Shown here piece after piece: positions 27,778 to 41,498 of a DNA stretch of 64,000 bases. The DNA is from Octopus bimaculoides (Eukaryota): contig NC_068983.1 of assembly GCF_001194135.2 (NCBI RefSeq), forward strand, positions 8,770,259-8,834,258, read 5' to 3'. Every line of letters starts with the position of its first letter. Positions within the stretch are counted from its first letter, which is position 1. The notes under the pieces were generated by a model. That model was not told the origin of the DNA. It saw only the letters and a list, made by a program, of their open reading frames with translations, and ran no database searches. Made by a program: the position numbers and the translations under genes.

Positions 27778-28020
27778 CGTATTGTAACTTGCGATGAAAT
27801 GTGGATTCTGTACAATAATAAAAAAAAAAAACGTTTTTCGCAGTGGTTTGACCAAAATGAAGCACCGAAAACCTTCCCTAAACACGAGCTCTTCAAAAAG
27901 AAGGTTATGTTGACTGTTTGGTGGTATACTACTTGACTCATTCACTATAACTTATTGAAACGTGGAGAAGCCATTAATGCAGAAACATATTACCATAAAA
28001 TTGTCAAAATCAACGCAAAA
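27778..28020 (+). pseudogene. mariner (DD34D-type) transposase catalytic-domain fragment, cut by an assembly gap
   Basis: RIVTCDEMWILYNNKKKKRFSQWFDQNEAPKTFPKHELFKKKVMLTVWWYTT*LIHYNLLKRGEAINAETYY contains the IVTCDEKW, KVMxTVWW and IHYELLxxGETI motifs of Mos1/SETMAR-type transposases. There is one in-frame stop. Confidence 0.92.
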
Positions 28021-28394
28021 NNNNNNNNNNNNNNNNNNNNNNNNNNNNNNNNNNNNNNNNNNNNNNNNNNNNNNNNNNNNNNNNNNNNNNNNNNNNNNNN
28101 NNNNNNNNNNNNNNNNNNNNNNNNNNNNNNNNNNNNNNNNNNNNNNNNNNNNNNNNNNNNNNNNNNNNNNNNNNNNNNNNNNNNNNNNNNNNNNNNNNNN
28201 NNNNNNNNNNNNNNNNNNNNNNNNNNNNNNNNNNNNNNNNNNNNNNNNNNNNNNNNNNNNNNNNNNNNNNNNNNNNNNNNNNNNNNNNNNNNNNNNNNNN
28301 NNNNNNNNNNNNNNNNNNNNNNNNNNNNNNNNNNNNNNNNNNNNNNNNNNNNNNNNNNNNNNNNNNNNNNNNNNNNNNNNNNNNNNNNNNNNNN

Positions 28395-28456
<62 letters not shown>

Positions 28457-29261
28457 ATGTATATATATATATATATGTGTGTGTGTATATATATATACAC
28501 CAAATAAATCTACACAAATCAATGTTTGCCTTAGAAGAGTTGAAATGTGTACTGATGGATACAAATGACATAATATTTTATTTTCAAACACACAAACGCT
28601 GATAGAACAGCAGAGACAGGATAAAATATCGATACAATGCGGAAAGATATGTCAGCAACCAGCTATGAGACTCGAATTCACATCTCTTTGATTACTATAT
28701 ATATATATATGTGTGTATGTATGTGCTATGTATGTATATATGTATGTATTGCTATGTGAATGCGTGTAAAACAGGATGTATATGTGTACGTTTGCTACAT
28801 AAGCATAGATGGCTGTATTGTGGTTCCTCCGCCACATCTGAATATCTGATTAGTCTTTGCTTTCTCTCTTAAACTTCACTTATTCATTATTTCAAATTTA
28901 ACTTGTGTCAAAATCACCAAAATATTTTATCTGACACACACAGAAACTACTCCTTCCACATAAACAAGACACCCACCTCGCACCCACATATGAAAATATT
29001 TAAAAGAAAATATAGTTAGCGAGGGCTATCTCAAAACTTGACGAATAACATATTCGTTAGTGTACAAAGTAACCAACCAAGTTGTTAATTGTGATTCGGA
29101 AATGGATAATGCTATTATTAAAATTCTCAAGTACAAATAATATCGAAAATTGAAAATCTTTATTGATTCTTCTCTCAAGTAATAAAATCGTTTGAGATGA
29201 TTGCCTCTGGTAGTTATGAGAGAAAAGAGAATGAGAGAGAAATAGAGAGAGGCCAAGAGTG

Positions 29262-29338
29262 AGAAGAGAGAGAGAAAGGGAGTGAAAAGAGAGAGAGAAA
29301 GGGAGTGAAAAGAGAGAGAGAAAGGGAGTGAGAGAGAG
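29262..29338. repeat. Purine-rich minisatellite (~22-bp unit GAGAGAGAGAAAGGGAGTGAAAA, ~3 copies)
   Basis: Seen directly. Confidence 0.85.
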
Positions 29339-30252
29339 ATTAAGTGTGGTAAACACTGGCAAATAATATTAATGATTCTCACATATGCACTGAGTAACGC
29401 ATTTCAGTGGATAATATCACTGAATAATACGGTACCAGTATCTGATTGGTATTTATTTTCACCAACTTGGGAGAATAATAGGCAAAACTTTCCTCAAACA
29501 GCTAGATTTCTGTCTAGAACGATTTGAAAGAAAAGTAACTATGACACGATATCTTGTTGGACGTGTGACTCACTCAGTTCTGGAATTGCTAAACTACTCT
29601 AACTTTAATCGATTTTGCCCCCAGTTTCCTGCTTCCTGCTGCAAAATAAACTTATAAGTAATCTATATTGGAACCTGCAGAAAATGAAAACTGCTTTTGA
29701 GCGTCCGTCGGTGCATTTTCAATGCTGCAGTTGTGGAAATACAGTGATCTATAATTTACATTTTACATCTTAAGGATAAGAAGCAACATAATAAGTTTAA
29801 TTTGAATTTGTGATGAATGAAATCCTCTTAAAGATAGCATTAAATGACATTATTTCTATTCTAGTTACATAAACATCAGGATATCAGAAGTACGAGACAC
29901 AGTGTTGACATCAAGGTTGATCTCAAAGACTAAGCGCTAGCATGGCTGTTATCGCTAAAATGTTCGCTTCAAACCTACGTTTTTGTGTACCATTCAAATG
30001 GATGGATTTTTGGCTACTGTGTTCTAATAAACCTTTCAGTAGAAAAATGCCATCTGTATGTAATATGGGAGGCGGAATTTGTTCAAGTGCACTAGAGAAC
30101 AATTCCTATTTCTAGGAAGAGAAAAGACATGGTGGTTTGCTGGCAAATTTAATAACACCTTCAGGTTACTGAGTTCTTTCTGCGAGGTTCCAACTTAAAA
30201 AGACAAAACAAAAAACATTTCCGTCCCATTTTGGCGTAGGAGGAAAATTGGC

Positions 30253-30371
<119 letters not shown>

Positions 30372-30397
30372 AATTTACCTTTCCTCTGTCTATATGT

Positions 30398-30770
30398 GCT
30401 TTCCACCAAAATGGTTTGGGGTTCATCCCACACAGTGGCACCTTGGGCAAATCTGCTATAGTCATGAGCCGACCAAATTGGATTAGGTAGATAGAAACTG
30501 AAAGAAGCCTGTCGTCCATGTATAGATGTCTATGTCAGCCTGTGTGAGTGTCTTTATATCTGTGCTTGTCCCCCATCACCGTTTGACAACCGGTGTTGGT
30601 GTTTTTACGTTCCCCATAATCTAGCGGTTCGGCAAAAGAGCCCAAGAGAAAATATACTAGGATTAAAATATTAAAACCGTGGGGTCGATTTGCTCGAAGA
30701 AAATCTTAAAGCGGTGCTCCAGCATGGCCGTAGTAAAAAATACTGAAACAAGTCAAAGAATAAAAGAATA
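30398..30770 (+). mobile_element. SINE-A with tail
   Basis: GGCACCTTGGGCAA..GAAACTGAAAGAAGCC..GACAACCGGTGTTGGTG..GCGGTGCTCCAGCATGGCCG..CTGAAACAAG. Confidence 0.85.
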
Positions 30771-30820
<50 letters not shown>

Positions 30821-30899
30821 TTGCAAGATTTTTTATGTGAAATCGTGTGTTGAAACAGATGTTGTTGTACTTGGGGATGGTCATATTGCCAGTTTAGCC

Positions 30900-31051
30900 A
30901 ATAAAAACACACGCACTGTATATTTGGTGTTAATTTTTTTTTTTCAGCTTTATATTACATTAATCTTAAATAAGATTAAGATTAAGATTAATGTAATATA
31001 AAGCTGAAAAAAAAAAATTAACACCAAATATACAGTGCGTGTGTTTTTATT
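30900..31051. repeat. Perfect 70-bp hairpin with a 12-nt loop, ending at a contig edge
   Basis: 30900-30969 is the exact reverse complement of 30982-31051, including an 11-T/11-A run. Confidence 0.95.
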
Positions 31052-31213
31052 NNNNNNNNNNNNNNNNNNNNNNNNNNNNNNNNNNNNNNNNNNNNNNNNN
31101 NNNNNNNNNNNNNNNNNNNNNNNNNNNNNNNNNNNNNNNNNNNNNNNNNNNNNNNNNNNNNNNNNNNNNNNNNNNNNNNNNNNNNNNNNNNNNNNNNNNN
31201 TATATATTAGTTA

Positions 31214-31501
31214 CTAAGGGTATTCGGAACACGATTGTAAAGTCGTGAGTTCAATCCCTTGAGTAAGACGCTTTATTTCTCGTTGCCCCAGTCCACTCAG
31301 CCGCTAAAAATTAGTAGTACATTTATTTCAAAATGCCAGCTTTCTCACATTCTGTATCGCGCTGAATCTATCTGAAAACTACATTAAGGTTAAACGTGTT
31401 TGTGGAGTCCTGAGCCAATTGCACGTTAATTTCACGAGCAGGCTATTCCGCTGATCGCATCAACTGGTACCGACCTTCGACGTCGTAAACGACAGAGTAC
31501 C
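31214..31501 (+). mobile_element. tRNA-derived SINE family C
   Basis: TAAGGGTATTCGG..CACGATTGTAAAGTCGTGAGTTCAATCCC (B-box), and the body CCAGTCCACTCAGC is shared with 47883-48130. Confidence 0.8.
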
Positions 31502-33073
31502 GCTTTATATATATTTCTGTCACATGGGACCTTGAAGACTGCTAGAAAGCAGGAAAGTATACTAGTCCTTCAATATTTAATATTTAATATTCAATATTTC
31601 ATTTATTCAATAAGACATTCAATACTTCATTTCATTTTACTATATATACTATATATTCCATATTTTATATCGCACATTAATTTTATAAGAATATAAATAA
31701 AACATAAAAAACACACAGAGTTGGAATTCTTTTGAATGATATATATATATACAGATAGATAGATATAGATATGCAGGGCAGGGAATCGTCAATTAGTAAT
31801 AAAATTAATAATTAACAATTTTGCCGGGTAGCTCAGTATGAAAAAACCTTTTCGGTAAAAAACATTTATAATCATAAATATATAGGGATTGACAGTAACC
31901 TGCTTCTCCAACATACTGAGAATTCAGAAATAGCAATCAAAGAACTACTGATTTCAAAACTACAAATTATTATTCCAGATTGATAGCGATATTTTTGATA
32001 CACACAGAACAAAAAACAGTAGAGAAGAGTAAAAAAAAAACACCTGCCTTTAGTTAATTTAGTACGATCGTTTCACAGTTAAGAGTAAAGAATACTCTAT
32101 TCTGATCTTCAGCTAAATNNNNNNNNNNNNNNNNNNNNNNNNNNNNNNNNNNNNNNNNNNNNNNNNNNNNNNNNNNNNNNNNNNNNNNNNNNNNNNNNNN
32201 NNNNNNNNNNNNNNNNNNNNNNNNNNNNNNNNNNNNNNNNNNNNNNNNNNNNNNNNNNNNNNNNNNNNNNNNNNNNNNNNNNNNNNNNNNNNNNNNNNNN
32301 NNNNNNNNNNNNNNNNNNNNNNNNNNNNNNNNNNNNNNNNNNNNNNNNNNNNNNNNNNNNNNNNNNNNNNNNNNNNNNNNNNNNNNNNNNNNNNNNNNNN
32401 NNNNNNNNNNNNNNNNNNNNNNNNNNNNNNNNNNNNNNNNNNNNNNNNNNNNNNNNNNNNNNNNNNNNNNNNNNNNNNNNNNNNNNNNNNNNNNNNNNNN
32501 NNNNNNNNNNNNNNNNNNNNNNNNNNNNNNNNNNNNNNNNNNNNNNNNNNNNNNNNNNNNNNNNNNNNNNNNNNNNNNNNNNNNNNNNNNNNNNNNNNNN
32601 NNNNNNNNNNNNNNNNNNNNNNNNNNNNNNNNNNNNNNNNNNNNNNNNNNNNNNNNNNNNNNNNNNNNNNNNNNNNNNNNNNNNNNNNNNNNNNNNNNNN
32701 NNNNNNNNNNNNNNNNNNNNNNNNNNNNNNNNNNNNNNNNNNNNNNNNNNNNNNNNNNNNNNNNNNNNNNNNNNNNNNNNNNNNNNNNNNNNNNNNNNNN
32801 TCCTCACGTGGTATTGATGTTCACATGGTCAAAATTAACGTGAGTTATTTAGACATTAACAAATTTATTTGAATATTTAGCTGAAGATCAGAATAGAGTA
32901 TTCTTTACTCTTAACTGTGAAACGATCGTACTAAATTAACTAAAGGCAGGTGTTTTTTTTACTCTTCTCTACTGTTTTTTGTTCTGTGTGTATCAAAAAT
33001 ATCGCTATCAATCTGGAGTAATAATTTGTAGTTTTGAAATCAGTAGTTCTTTGACTGCTATTTCTGAATTCTC

Positions 33074-33125
<52 letters not shown>

Positions 33126-33581
33126 TTATATATAGGCGCACACTTATACACACATGTCCATACTCATATTTCTGTTGACTTGTCTATATATCAGTTTGTC
33201 CATTTATCAATGAATGAAATCTGGTACACAGCTATATCTTTATCTACAAATCTATATGTCTATATATATATATAGGTATTACAAAACAGAGCCGACGATG
33301 TTCCAGTCATGGTGTTATCTATAAACAGCATACATATATTACCAAGCACATATTTAGTATCAGGCACGATGATTTTAAGTTCAATAAATATACAAAACGT
33401 ACCAAATATTTTTTTTTATCATTAAATTGCTTCACTTCACTCATTGCGGCCATTTTGAGGCAACGCTCTGAAGAATTTAGTCGACCAAATCGATGCCAGT
33501 ACTGATTTCGTAACTCCGGTACTAAATCTACCGTTTTAAGTTACGAAACCGCTAATTATATATATATATACATACATACAT

Positions 33582-33614
<33 letters not shown>

Positions 33615-33684
33615 TACACAGATATACATATATATACACATATACATCGGTAGCCACTACACATTCATTTATTTCTCTCTTTGT

Positions 33685-33830
33685 TTCTTTCTGTGGAAGA
33701 GCGTAGTTTCGAAAAGTTAAAGACATTTTCACTTCCCGAGCGTTATACTAATACATATGTTTGTTGTCTACACCACCGGTCTTCGTCTTTTGTTTTTGTT
33801 TTTTGTGAATTCTCACTATATATATATATA
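33685..33830 (+). mobile_element. Penelope-like terminal-repeat remnant
   Basis: GAAGAGCGTAG..TCGAAA..CTAATACA..TGTTTGTTG..ACACC..GTCTT is also present at 57200-57300. Ends in (TA)n. Confidence 0.55.
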
Positions 33831-34004
33831 TATATATGCATGTATTCTCACAGGCACACACACACTCCTGTCTTGTTTTCTTTTCCGTTTGTTTTCCTGT
33901 CTTGTTTTCTTTTCCGTTTGTTGTCCTATCTTGATTTTTGTCCGCCACTACATTCCTCCATGGCACAGGTTTAATTTGTGTATACAAATTTAATTTGCGG
34001 TCCA

Positions 34005-34180
34005 TGGGAAGAGCCGTTTTAACGATGCGTCCTGCCCAACTCTTCGAAACGCCGGTGTTAAAACGGGGGTAGCTGATGAAGGAAAATATTCTCTATGTGA
34101 CTTGTGTGTTTTCTGTACTCTGGTTATTATTATTTTCTTGTCTACGTTTTGTTTGCAATGACCTGTACCCACATATGCAC
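34005..34180 (+). mobile_element. Penelope-like terminal-repeat remnant
   Basis: GAAGAG..CTCTTCGAAACG stem and GCTGATGAAGG, which are hammerhead-core-like words typical of PLE ends. Confidence 0.4.
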
Positions 34181-34241
34181 CTATATATACAGGTAGACGT
34201 AGGTATGCACATACCTGTACGTATATATGCATATACTCATT

Positions 34242-34282
<41 letters not shown>

Positions 34283-36807
34283 TAATTAAATAAAAAAAGT
34301 AAGAAGGGAGCTCACTCCCTTTGTTTCTTACCCTAATCCTCTCTCTTGTCCCCCTTACCCTCTGCCTGTTTGGTCACAAGCGACTACAAACCATTTCTCT
34401 CACATCTGTCTTTTCTGGACACGACGTCATCTCGCTGGACCCCCCCAGGCTGCTATACAGTAATACTACATCTGAGACCACGCAGTTGAGAAACAAAAAA
34501 TTTAGCCTCGCAGCCATGTCTCCGCATATATATGTGTAAAAATAGTCATTATTACAATATTAATTATCACGTAAAGCAATAAATTATTCTTAAATATTAA
34601 TGCAAAATAAAATAAAAAGGAACATGTTAAGGGAATATCACAAATGTACTGAGGTTTTTATACAGGCTTTCTCCTCGATGACCAAAAAGAATGCTGTCGG
34701 CACACTCTATGATGAGTGATCGACAGTTTTTCTTGTCTTGCTTTATATATTGCCTTGTTGTGGCAATCAAAGAGAAGCATACGATCTATAATGAATATAG
34801 TCATAGATACACCAAGTCCCAAAAAGTAAGCGGTCAGTGATAAATACTTTTGATAATATGAATGTTAGATTAATGTTAATCCGGATTTAAGTCACATTCA
34901 CAACTGTTACAGCAGAAGCATTACTTAGAGTATTCTTAAACATCCTTTTTCAAAGAGATGTCTTTGAATGGTTGGTATATGTATCGCTTCTCAAGAGGAA
35001 TACTTGTCAAGTAATGTGATGGATGGATACTCCCTTTTATATCACTGTTCGTCTGCAAGCCACTCTTAACTCTAACTGGTTTAAGGGACAATGTTTATAT
35101 ACGTTGATGGTAGCTGAGGAGTTGCAAATACGGGGTGGAATTGCTGAAGGGTTTGTCCTATTATGTATGCGAAATTCGAGCTATGGTGGAATTTGCAGAT
35201 GGCTCCTAAACGTCCATGGATCAAATTTCAACGAGCAAACGTGATATCCAGCAATGTGACTGTGGAGCACGTGACCCACATCATGGATAGACTATTTATA
35301 GCATTCGAGATTTCAGTAATATTCCTTACATAAAACCGGAGATCATTAAAAATAACTAAACACGCGGGGATGTCCTATGAAGACTGAAGGCGAAGCGACC
35401 AGCTGATGCGGTTACATCTTAACTCTGAGTTCATAATATAGCCGCGATCCACTTTGCCTTTGATCCTTTCAGAGACGATAAAATAAATACCACTTAGAAA
35501 CTGGAATCGATCTCATAGACTTACTCCTCGCCACCGAAGTTGCTGCGCCTCATGCCAAAATCTGAAACCAATCATAGAAACGCGAGGAGTTGGTAATCGT
35601 TTTTGATGTTTCTTCGTTATTTCGGACAGAGACTCATTTGGTGTATCGCGGGTAGTTATAAAAACACATGAAGCAATCAAATTCGGGGTTTTCGACTGCT
35701 GACTTTACTGGTTAAAGACAAACTTCAACTTTTGATCTGGAATACTAAAAGAAATATTCACTGATTAATGTGATACTATGCACGCTACGGCTGAATAAAG
35801 AGATTTTGGTCACGGTTGGAATATCTTTGTTCATAGTACTGCTAGATTAAAATCTACGATAAGAGAACAACAACAACATTTGGTATTAATGTACTCCCGT
35901 AAATTCAATTAACGATTTCTTTCCAAAATACAATTATGAATTTGTGCCTACACGTAAAATACGGATTACTGTCCATCTCAACAAAATAGAATAAAAAATT
36001 ATAAAGAAAGACTGATCGACAAACGTGTTCTCATGGCATTTCTCGAAGATTCAATCAACGTTTTTGTCACTTATAACAATGAATTCTGAAATGTAGTTAT
36101 GATATAAAACTTATCAACATCAAAATCAAAATTCACCTCTAAATATATGTAACAACAACAGCCACAACAGCAACAACAACTGGAAATAGAATAACAATTG
36201 GCACTTTAAGAACATGAAGTAATATATCTGTTGAGTATAATGCAATCAATGAGTTTTATGAGAGACATTGAATGACAACTAATCTATATATTATTCTCTG
36301 GAAATGTTTTAATTGAAGATTAGACTGATATAACACGATGCCAATTTCAAACAAGTATGGCAAATTATATTATGCATATTCCTCATAGAATATGGACACC
36401 GCTTAATCTATAACGAGATTAAAATCAAATAAATGTCTATATACGTTCTAGGCTGTCGAATCTGATGTAAAATTATCAGGAAAATAAGTTACAATGATAA
36501 ACGAACAAAAGACAAACGCGGGGAAAAAAATTAAGAGATATACATAATATCCACCAGAAGTTTCAGTTATTATTTCAGATAATTTATATAAGACATATTA
36601 TATTCGTTCTGCAAGAGAAAGTGTTTGTGATGTGTGTATTCGTAAGCACGTATGCATATAGGTAAGGAAATATAAATATATACACACGAACTCACGCACA
36701 TACACACACACTTGTGTAAATATATAAAGTGAGGGAGGGAGGGAGGAAGATAAGTATCTGAATCTGTCTATATATATATATATATGTGTGTGCATGTGTT
36801 TGTTTGC

Positions 36808-36861
<54 letters not shown>

Positions 36862-37021
36862 TCATATATATATATATATACATACGCATGCATACATGCG
36901 CATATATACATATGTATATATGTATATATGTATAGTACATACATACACATACGAACCCACACATAAACAATCACAAACGCACACACACATATATATAAAC
37001 AAAAAGAGAGGAGATAAATAT

Positions 37022-37058
<37 letters not shown>

Positions 37059-37497
37059 TTTACATGTATATATATATATTTATCTCTTCTATGTATATAT
37101 ACATATATATTCATTTCCTTTGTGTGTGCGTGTATAATTCAGAATAGTGTGACACGGTGATTTATGGAAAGGTCAGCTCCACTATTGTCTGCTGTTTAAC
37201 GCCGTAAATCCCCAGAAGAATGATTCCTGGGGAATACAGAGTTGCTGGAATATCGATTATCGCCATGTGGTGATTGAACTCCAGTAATTTGTCGGCAGAT
37301 CCAAAGCCCAATGAAATATTCATTAGTTAAAATGTAAAGCTAGCTATATGTGTTTATTTGAAGGTATGTGCGAATGTACGTATTTTTCTATCTGCCTACT
37401 TATCTATCTATCTATCTAACTATCTATTTATCTATCTATCTATCTCTATCTAGATAATATATGCATACAGATATATATTTATATGTGAATGTATATA

Positions 37498-37533
<36 letters not shown>

Positions 37534-38322
37534 NNNNNNNNNNNNNNNNNNNNNNNNNNNNNNNNNNNNNNNNNNNNNNNNNNNNNNNNNNNNNNNNNNN
37601 NNNNNNNNNNNNNNNNNNNNNNNNNNNNNNNNNNNNNNNNNNNNNNNNNNNNNNNNNNNNNNNNNNNNNNNNNNNNNNNNNNNNNNNNNNNNNNNNNNNN
37701 NNNNNNNNNNNNNNNNNNNNNNNNNNNNNNNNNNNNNNNNNNNNNNNNNNNNNNNNNNNNNNNNNNNNNNNNNNNNNNNNNNNNNNNNNNNNNNNNNNNN
37801 NNNNNNNNNNNNNNNNNNNNNNNNNNNNNNNNNNNNNNNNNNNNNNNNNNNNNNNNNNNNNNNNNNNNNNNNNNNNNNNNNNNNNNNNNNNNNNNNNNNN
37901 NNNNNNNNNNNNNNNNNNNNNNNNNNNNNNNNNNNNNNNNNNNNNNNNNNNNNNNNNNNNNNNNNNNNNNNNNNNNNNNNNNNNNNNNNNNNNNNNNNNN
38001 NNNNNNNNNNNNNNNNNNNNNNNNNNNNNNNNNNNNNNNNNNNNNNNNNNNNNNNNNNNNNNNNNNNNNNNNNNNNNNNNNNNNNNNNNNNNNNNNNNNN
38101 NNNNNNNNNNNNNNNNNNNNNNNNNNNNNNNNNNNNNNNNNNNNNNNNNNNNNNNNNNNNNNNNNNNNNNNNNNNNNNNNNNNNNNNNNNNNNNNNNNNN
38201 NNNNNNNNNNNNNNNNNNNNNNTAACATTGGAGCACTAGCAATCCGTTACAGCACTTACCTAGCGTATCGAATCCTTTAGATCATCTTTGACTCAAAACT
38301 CCCGTACTTTGTATATAATATG

Positions 38323-38371
<49 letters not shown>

Positions 38372-40303
38372 CACATGCAAATGTGGAGGTATATGTGCAT
38401 GTGTTATGTATATATATCTGTGGGTGTTTGTGTGGGATTGTGCGTGTATGTGTTTCTGTGTATCTGTGTGTGTGTGATAGAAACAAGAGTTTGAAAGGTT
38501 ACACCGGTTGTTATATTGATGATTTATAAATGATTGATGTAGCAGAAAAAATTTGGAAGTATTCCTAAAACAGAAGATTACGTCAACAATGCAGAAACCT
38601 AATTGAAAATAAAGACAGACGTAATTCAAATGCTGAAGCATCCATGAAGATATGCGGTTTTGTTTCATTATCAACATAATATGGAGCTTGAAAATGTAAC
38701 TGCTCTTCGCGTAAGACGTTTTGTTTTAGACAGTTTAAGTCCGTACATCGACGACTAGAATGTGCTAATATGCACGATGTTCTTTAAAGGTAAAATTCGT
38801 AGCTTCTATAAAGATTTATTTGAAAATGGAACATGCTAACCCCGCCCAAAGCTTGTTATTTTCTTTTAAAGAGTTGTTTCAAATGTTGATGGGTGGGTTT
38901 AATTTGACCAGTATTAATACGAACAGTACTAATATAATGTCTCTTGCTGTTTATCTAAGAGAACTGAAAAATACTTATGCACATTGTATGTACATCATGA
39001 CACAGTATGAGTTTTCTCCACTGTAGTAGCGCAGTGGCAGGGGAAACAATTCTAGAGAAAATACAGTGTGCTATAGGTTAGTAAGGCACGCTATATCCCA
39101 GAGAAAAGGTATGATAATTATAAAACTTTCTCGGAAAAGCATCTCTGCTAGAACGTTTTTGTATCGTACGAAAAAAATCACCGCCCAGCTTCATTTGTTT
39201 CGCAAATTATCTGGTGTTTGCTGTGAAAAGAAATACTGTCGGTATTATGCAATTACAACCCCTTCTTCTAAACTACACAAACGTTGAGGAAGATTCAGAT
39301 TTATGCAAGGTGTAAGCGACATCTGGTCTGGCTTCCAGCTCCATACATTTCAATGATTGTAGTTTTTTTTTTCCAAGACTGTTTTAGAAATGATGCTGCA
39401 CTTGTTTAGAAAAGGGCATGTTATAATATTTCCCAAAACGTATCGTTTATTTCAGACATTGCTCCAAATTACTCAGTAAATTTCAGTGGGTTTTCTAGGA
39501 ATAGGATCGACGTATGAGAGCATATTTTCTAAGATCATATTGAAATATCTCTTAAAAGGAATTGAAATATTACAATAATTTAGATTCTTCTAGAAAAAAG
39601 TAAAACCTTAGCTTAAAAAGTGTTTTGTTAAATATTTCTCAAAAATGTATTTATGATTTTATAAATTCTTCAGCTGTAGAAAATGTGAATAAAGTTCATT
39701 AAATCATTGTCATATAGGCAAAAGATGTAAACCTTAAGGAAGTTGAAGTTGATGTGGTTAAATGCCTAGGAACTCATAGAGAAAGACTGTCTATTAGGGA
39801 AATGAAGATGTTTAATCTAGAACGAGTTGTACAGAAAATAATATATAGCAACCTCGTCCATTCTATTCAAGTTTGACAGTAAATGGCTACATATTTGACA
39901 CTTATTAAGCAGGGTCTGCAAGTTGTGGATAATTATAGTCATCATAATGAATGCCACAGAAAAATTACGACAGAAATTCATAATGAGCTGTAGAAACCGA
40001 TATTGCACCACAGGCGTCCAAAACAAGGAAACGTATATCTATGCATAAGTATATATATATATATNNNNNNNNNNNNNNNNNNNNNNNNNNNNNNNNNNNN
40101 NNNNNNNNNNNNNNNNNNNNNNNNNNNNNNNNNNNNNNNNNNNNNNNNNNNNNNNNNNNNNNNNNNNNNNNNNNNNNNNNNNNNNNNNNNNNNNNNNNNN
40201 NNNNNNNNNNNNNNNNNNNNNNNNNNNNNNNNNNNNNNNNNNNNNNNNNNNNNNNNNNNNNNNNNNNNNNNNNNNNNNNNNNNNNNNNNNNNNNNNNNNN
40301 NNN

Positions 40304-40351
<48 letters not shown>

Positions 40352-40953
40352 GCATAAATTTATGTCCGTACGTTTATGTGTGCGTGTACATTTATAGACG
40401 TGTGTATTTTTTTCATTCTGAGATATATTTAATGTTTAATCAAAATATATTATCTTGAGCGTTCTCATCATTTTCTTAAATATTTTAACAATTTAAGCCG
40501 TGTACTCGTTTATGATATTTAAGAAAGGAGAAGTAATGTTATACTTTTCAGATTATCTATGTGCCAAAATACACATTAAAATATATTGATTTTCCTTTTC
40601 GTATTATTCCATTTCATTTTTATTCCCTTTTTTTGTTTGCTAGGATATTATTTTTGATATCAGATATTATTTAAATGTAACAACTGTTTTATATTATCAA
40701 TTCCAATTTTATTCCCAATAACATTACGTTATAATACGCCACTTTCACATTATTACGATTCAGATGTATTATAATCGCCTTTGCTGTTATAATTATGATA
40801 AGATTTTCTTATTTTTTTATGGGAATGATTGTTGTTGTTATTGTTGTTGCTGTTATCGATGTGGATGCTTCTATTTTAACAAACGTCACCTCTGAGCAAA
40901 GGGACCCGTGTTCAAATGGCATCAGTTGTAATCATTTCATCTGTCCACAAGTT

Positions 40954-41110
40954 CGCGCAGGCGTGGCTGTGTGGTAAGAAGCTTGCTTCCCAAATGTATG
41001 GTTCTGGGTTCAGTTCCACTGCGTGGCACCTTGGCTGGTTTCTTCTACTATAGCCTCGGGCCAACCATGGCCTTGCGAATGAATTTGGTAGGTGGAAACT
41101 GAAAGACGCT
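40954..41110 (+). mobile_element. SINE-A head and body
   Basis: GGCGTGGCTGTGTGGTAAGAAGCTTGCTTCCC..GGGTTCAGTTCCACTGCGTGGCACCTTGG..GGAAACTGAAAG. Confidence 0.88.
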
Positions 41111-41211
41111 AATCGTGCGATTGAGTTAGTCATGGCTTGGGCCGATAATGGCCGAAACCAATCTAAGTTATCTATGTGCACACACACACAAACACACACT
41201 CATACGCATAT

Positions 41212-41373
41212 TGTTGTGTCTCAAGCTACTGCTATCTAGCACCTTCGGATGATCTCTACTCAAGCGCTACACGACGGCTACTCAAACGGTACTCAACTCC
41301 TCTACCACGGCTAGACTACCTCTATTTATATGTCTTGGGCGATCCTACTTCTTCGTTTGGGGGCGTCGACACA

Positions 41374-41376
<3 letters not shown>
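41212..41376 (-). mobile_element. Candidate short solo LTR (165 bp)
   Basis: TG...CA ends with a 9-bp terminal inverted repeat TGTTGTGTC/GACACAACA, and TATAAATAG on the minus strand. No exact TSD (CATAT vs CACAC). Confidence 0.4.
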
Positions 41377-41404
<28 letters not shown>

Positions 41405-41498
41405 NNNNNNNNNNNNNNNNNNNNNNNNNNNNNNNNNNNNNNNNNNNNNNNNNNNNNNNNNNNNNNNNNNNNNNNNNNATATATGGCAGTGCCCCAGC

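Noticed and set aside
31916-33075. ~200-bp inverted repeat around a gap
   Set aside because: One arm ends at the gap edge, and the arms differ by only two substitutions and a homopolymer length. This fits two alleles or a mis-oriented contig better than a real element; long reads would decide.
38490-38530. CYIDDL, an RT-like motif
   Set aside because: No flanking RT motifs, and stops occur immediately after.
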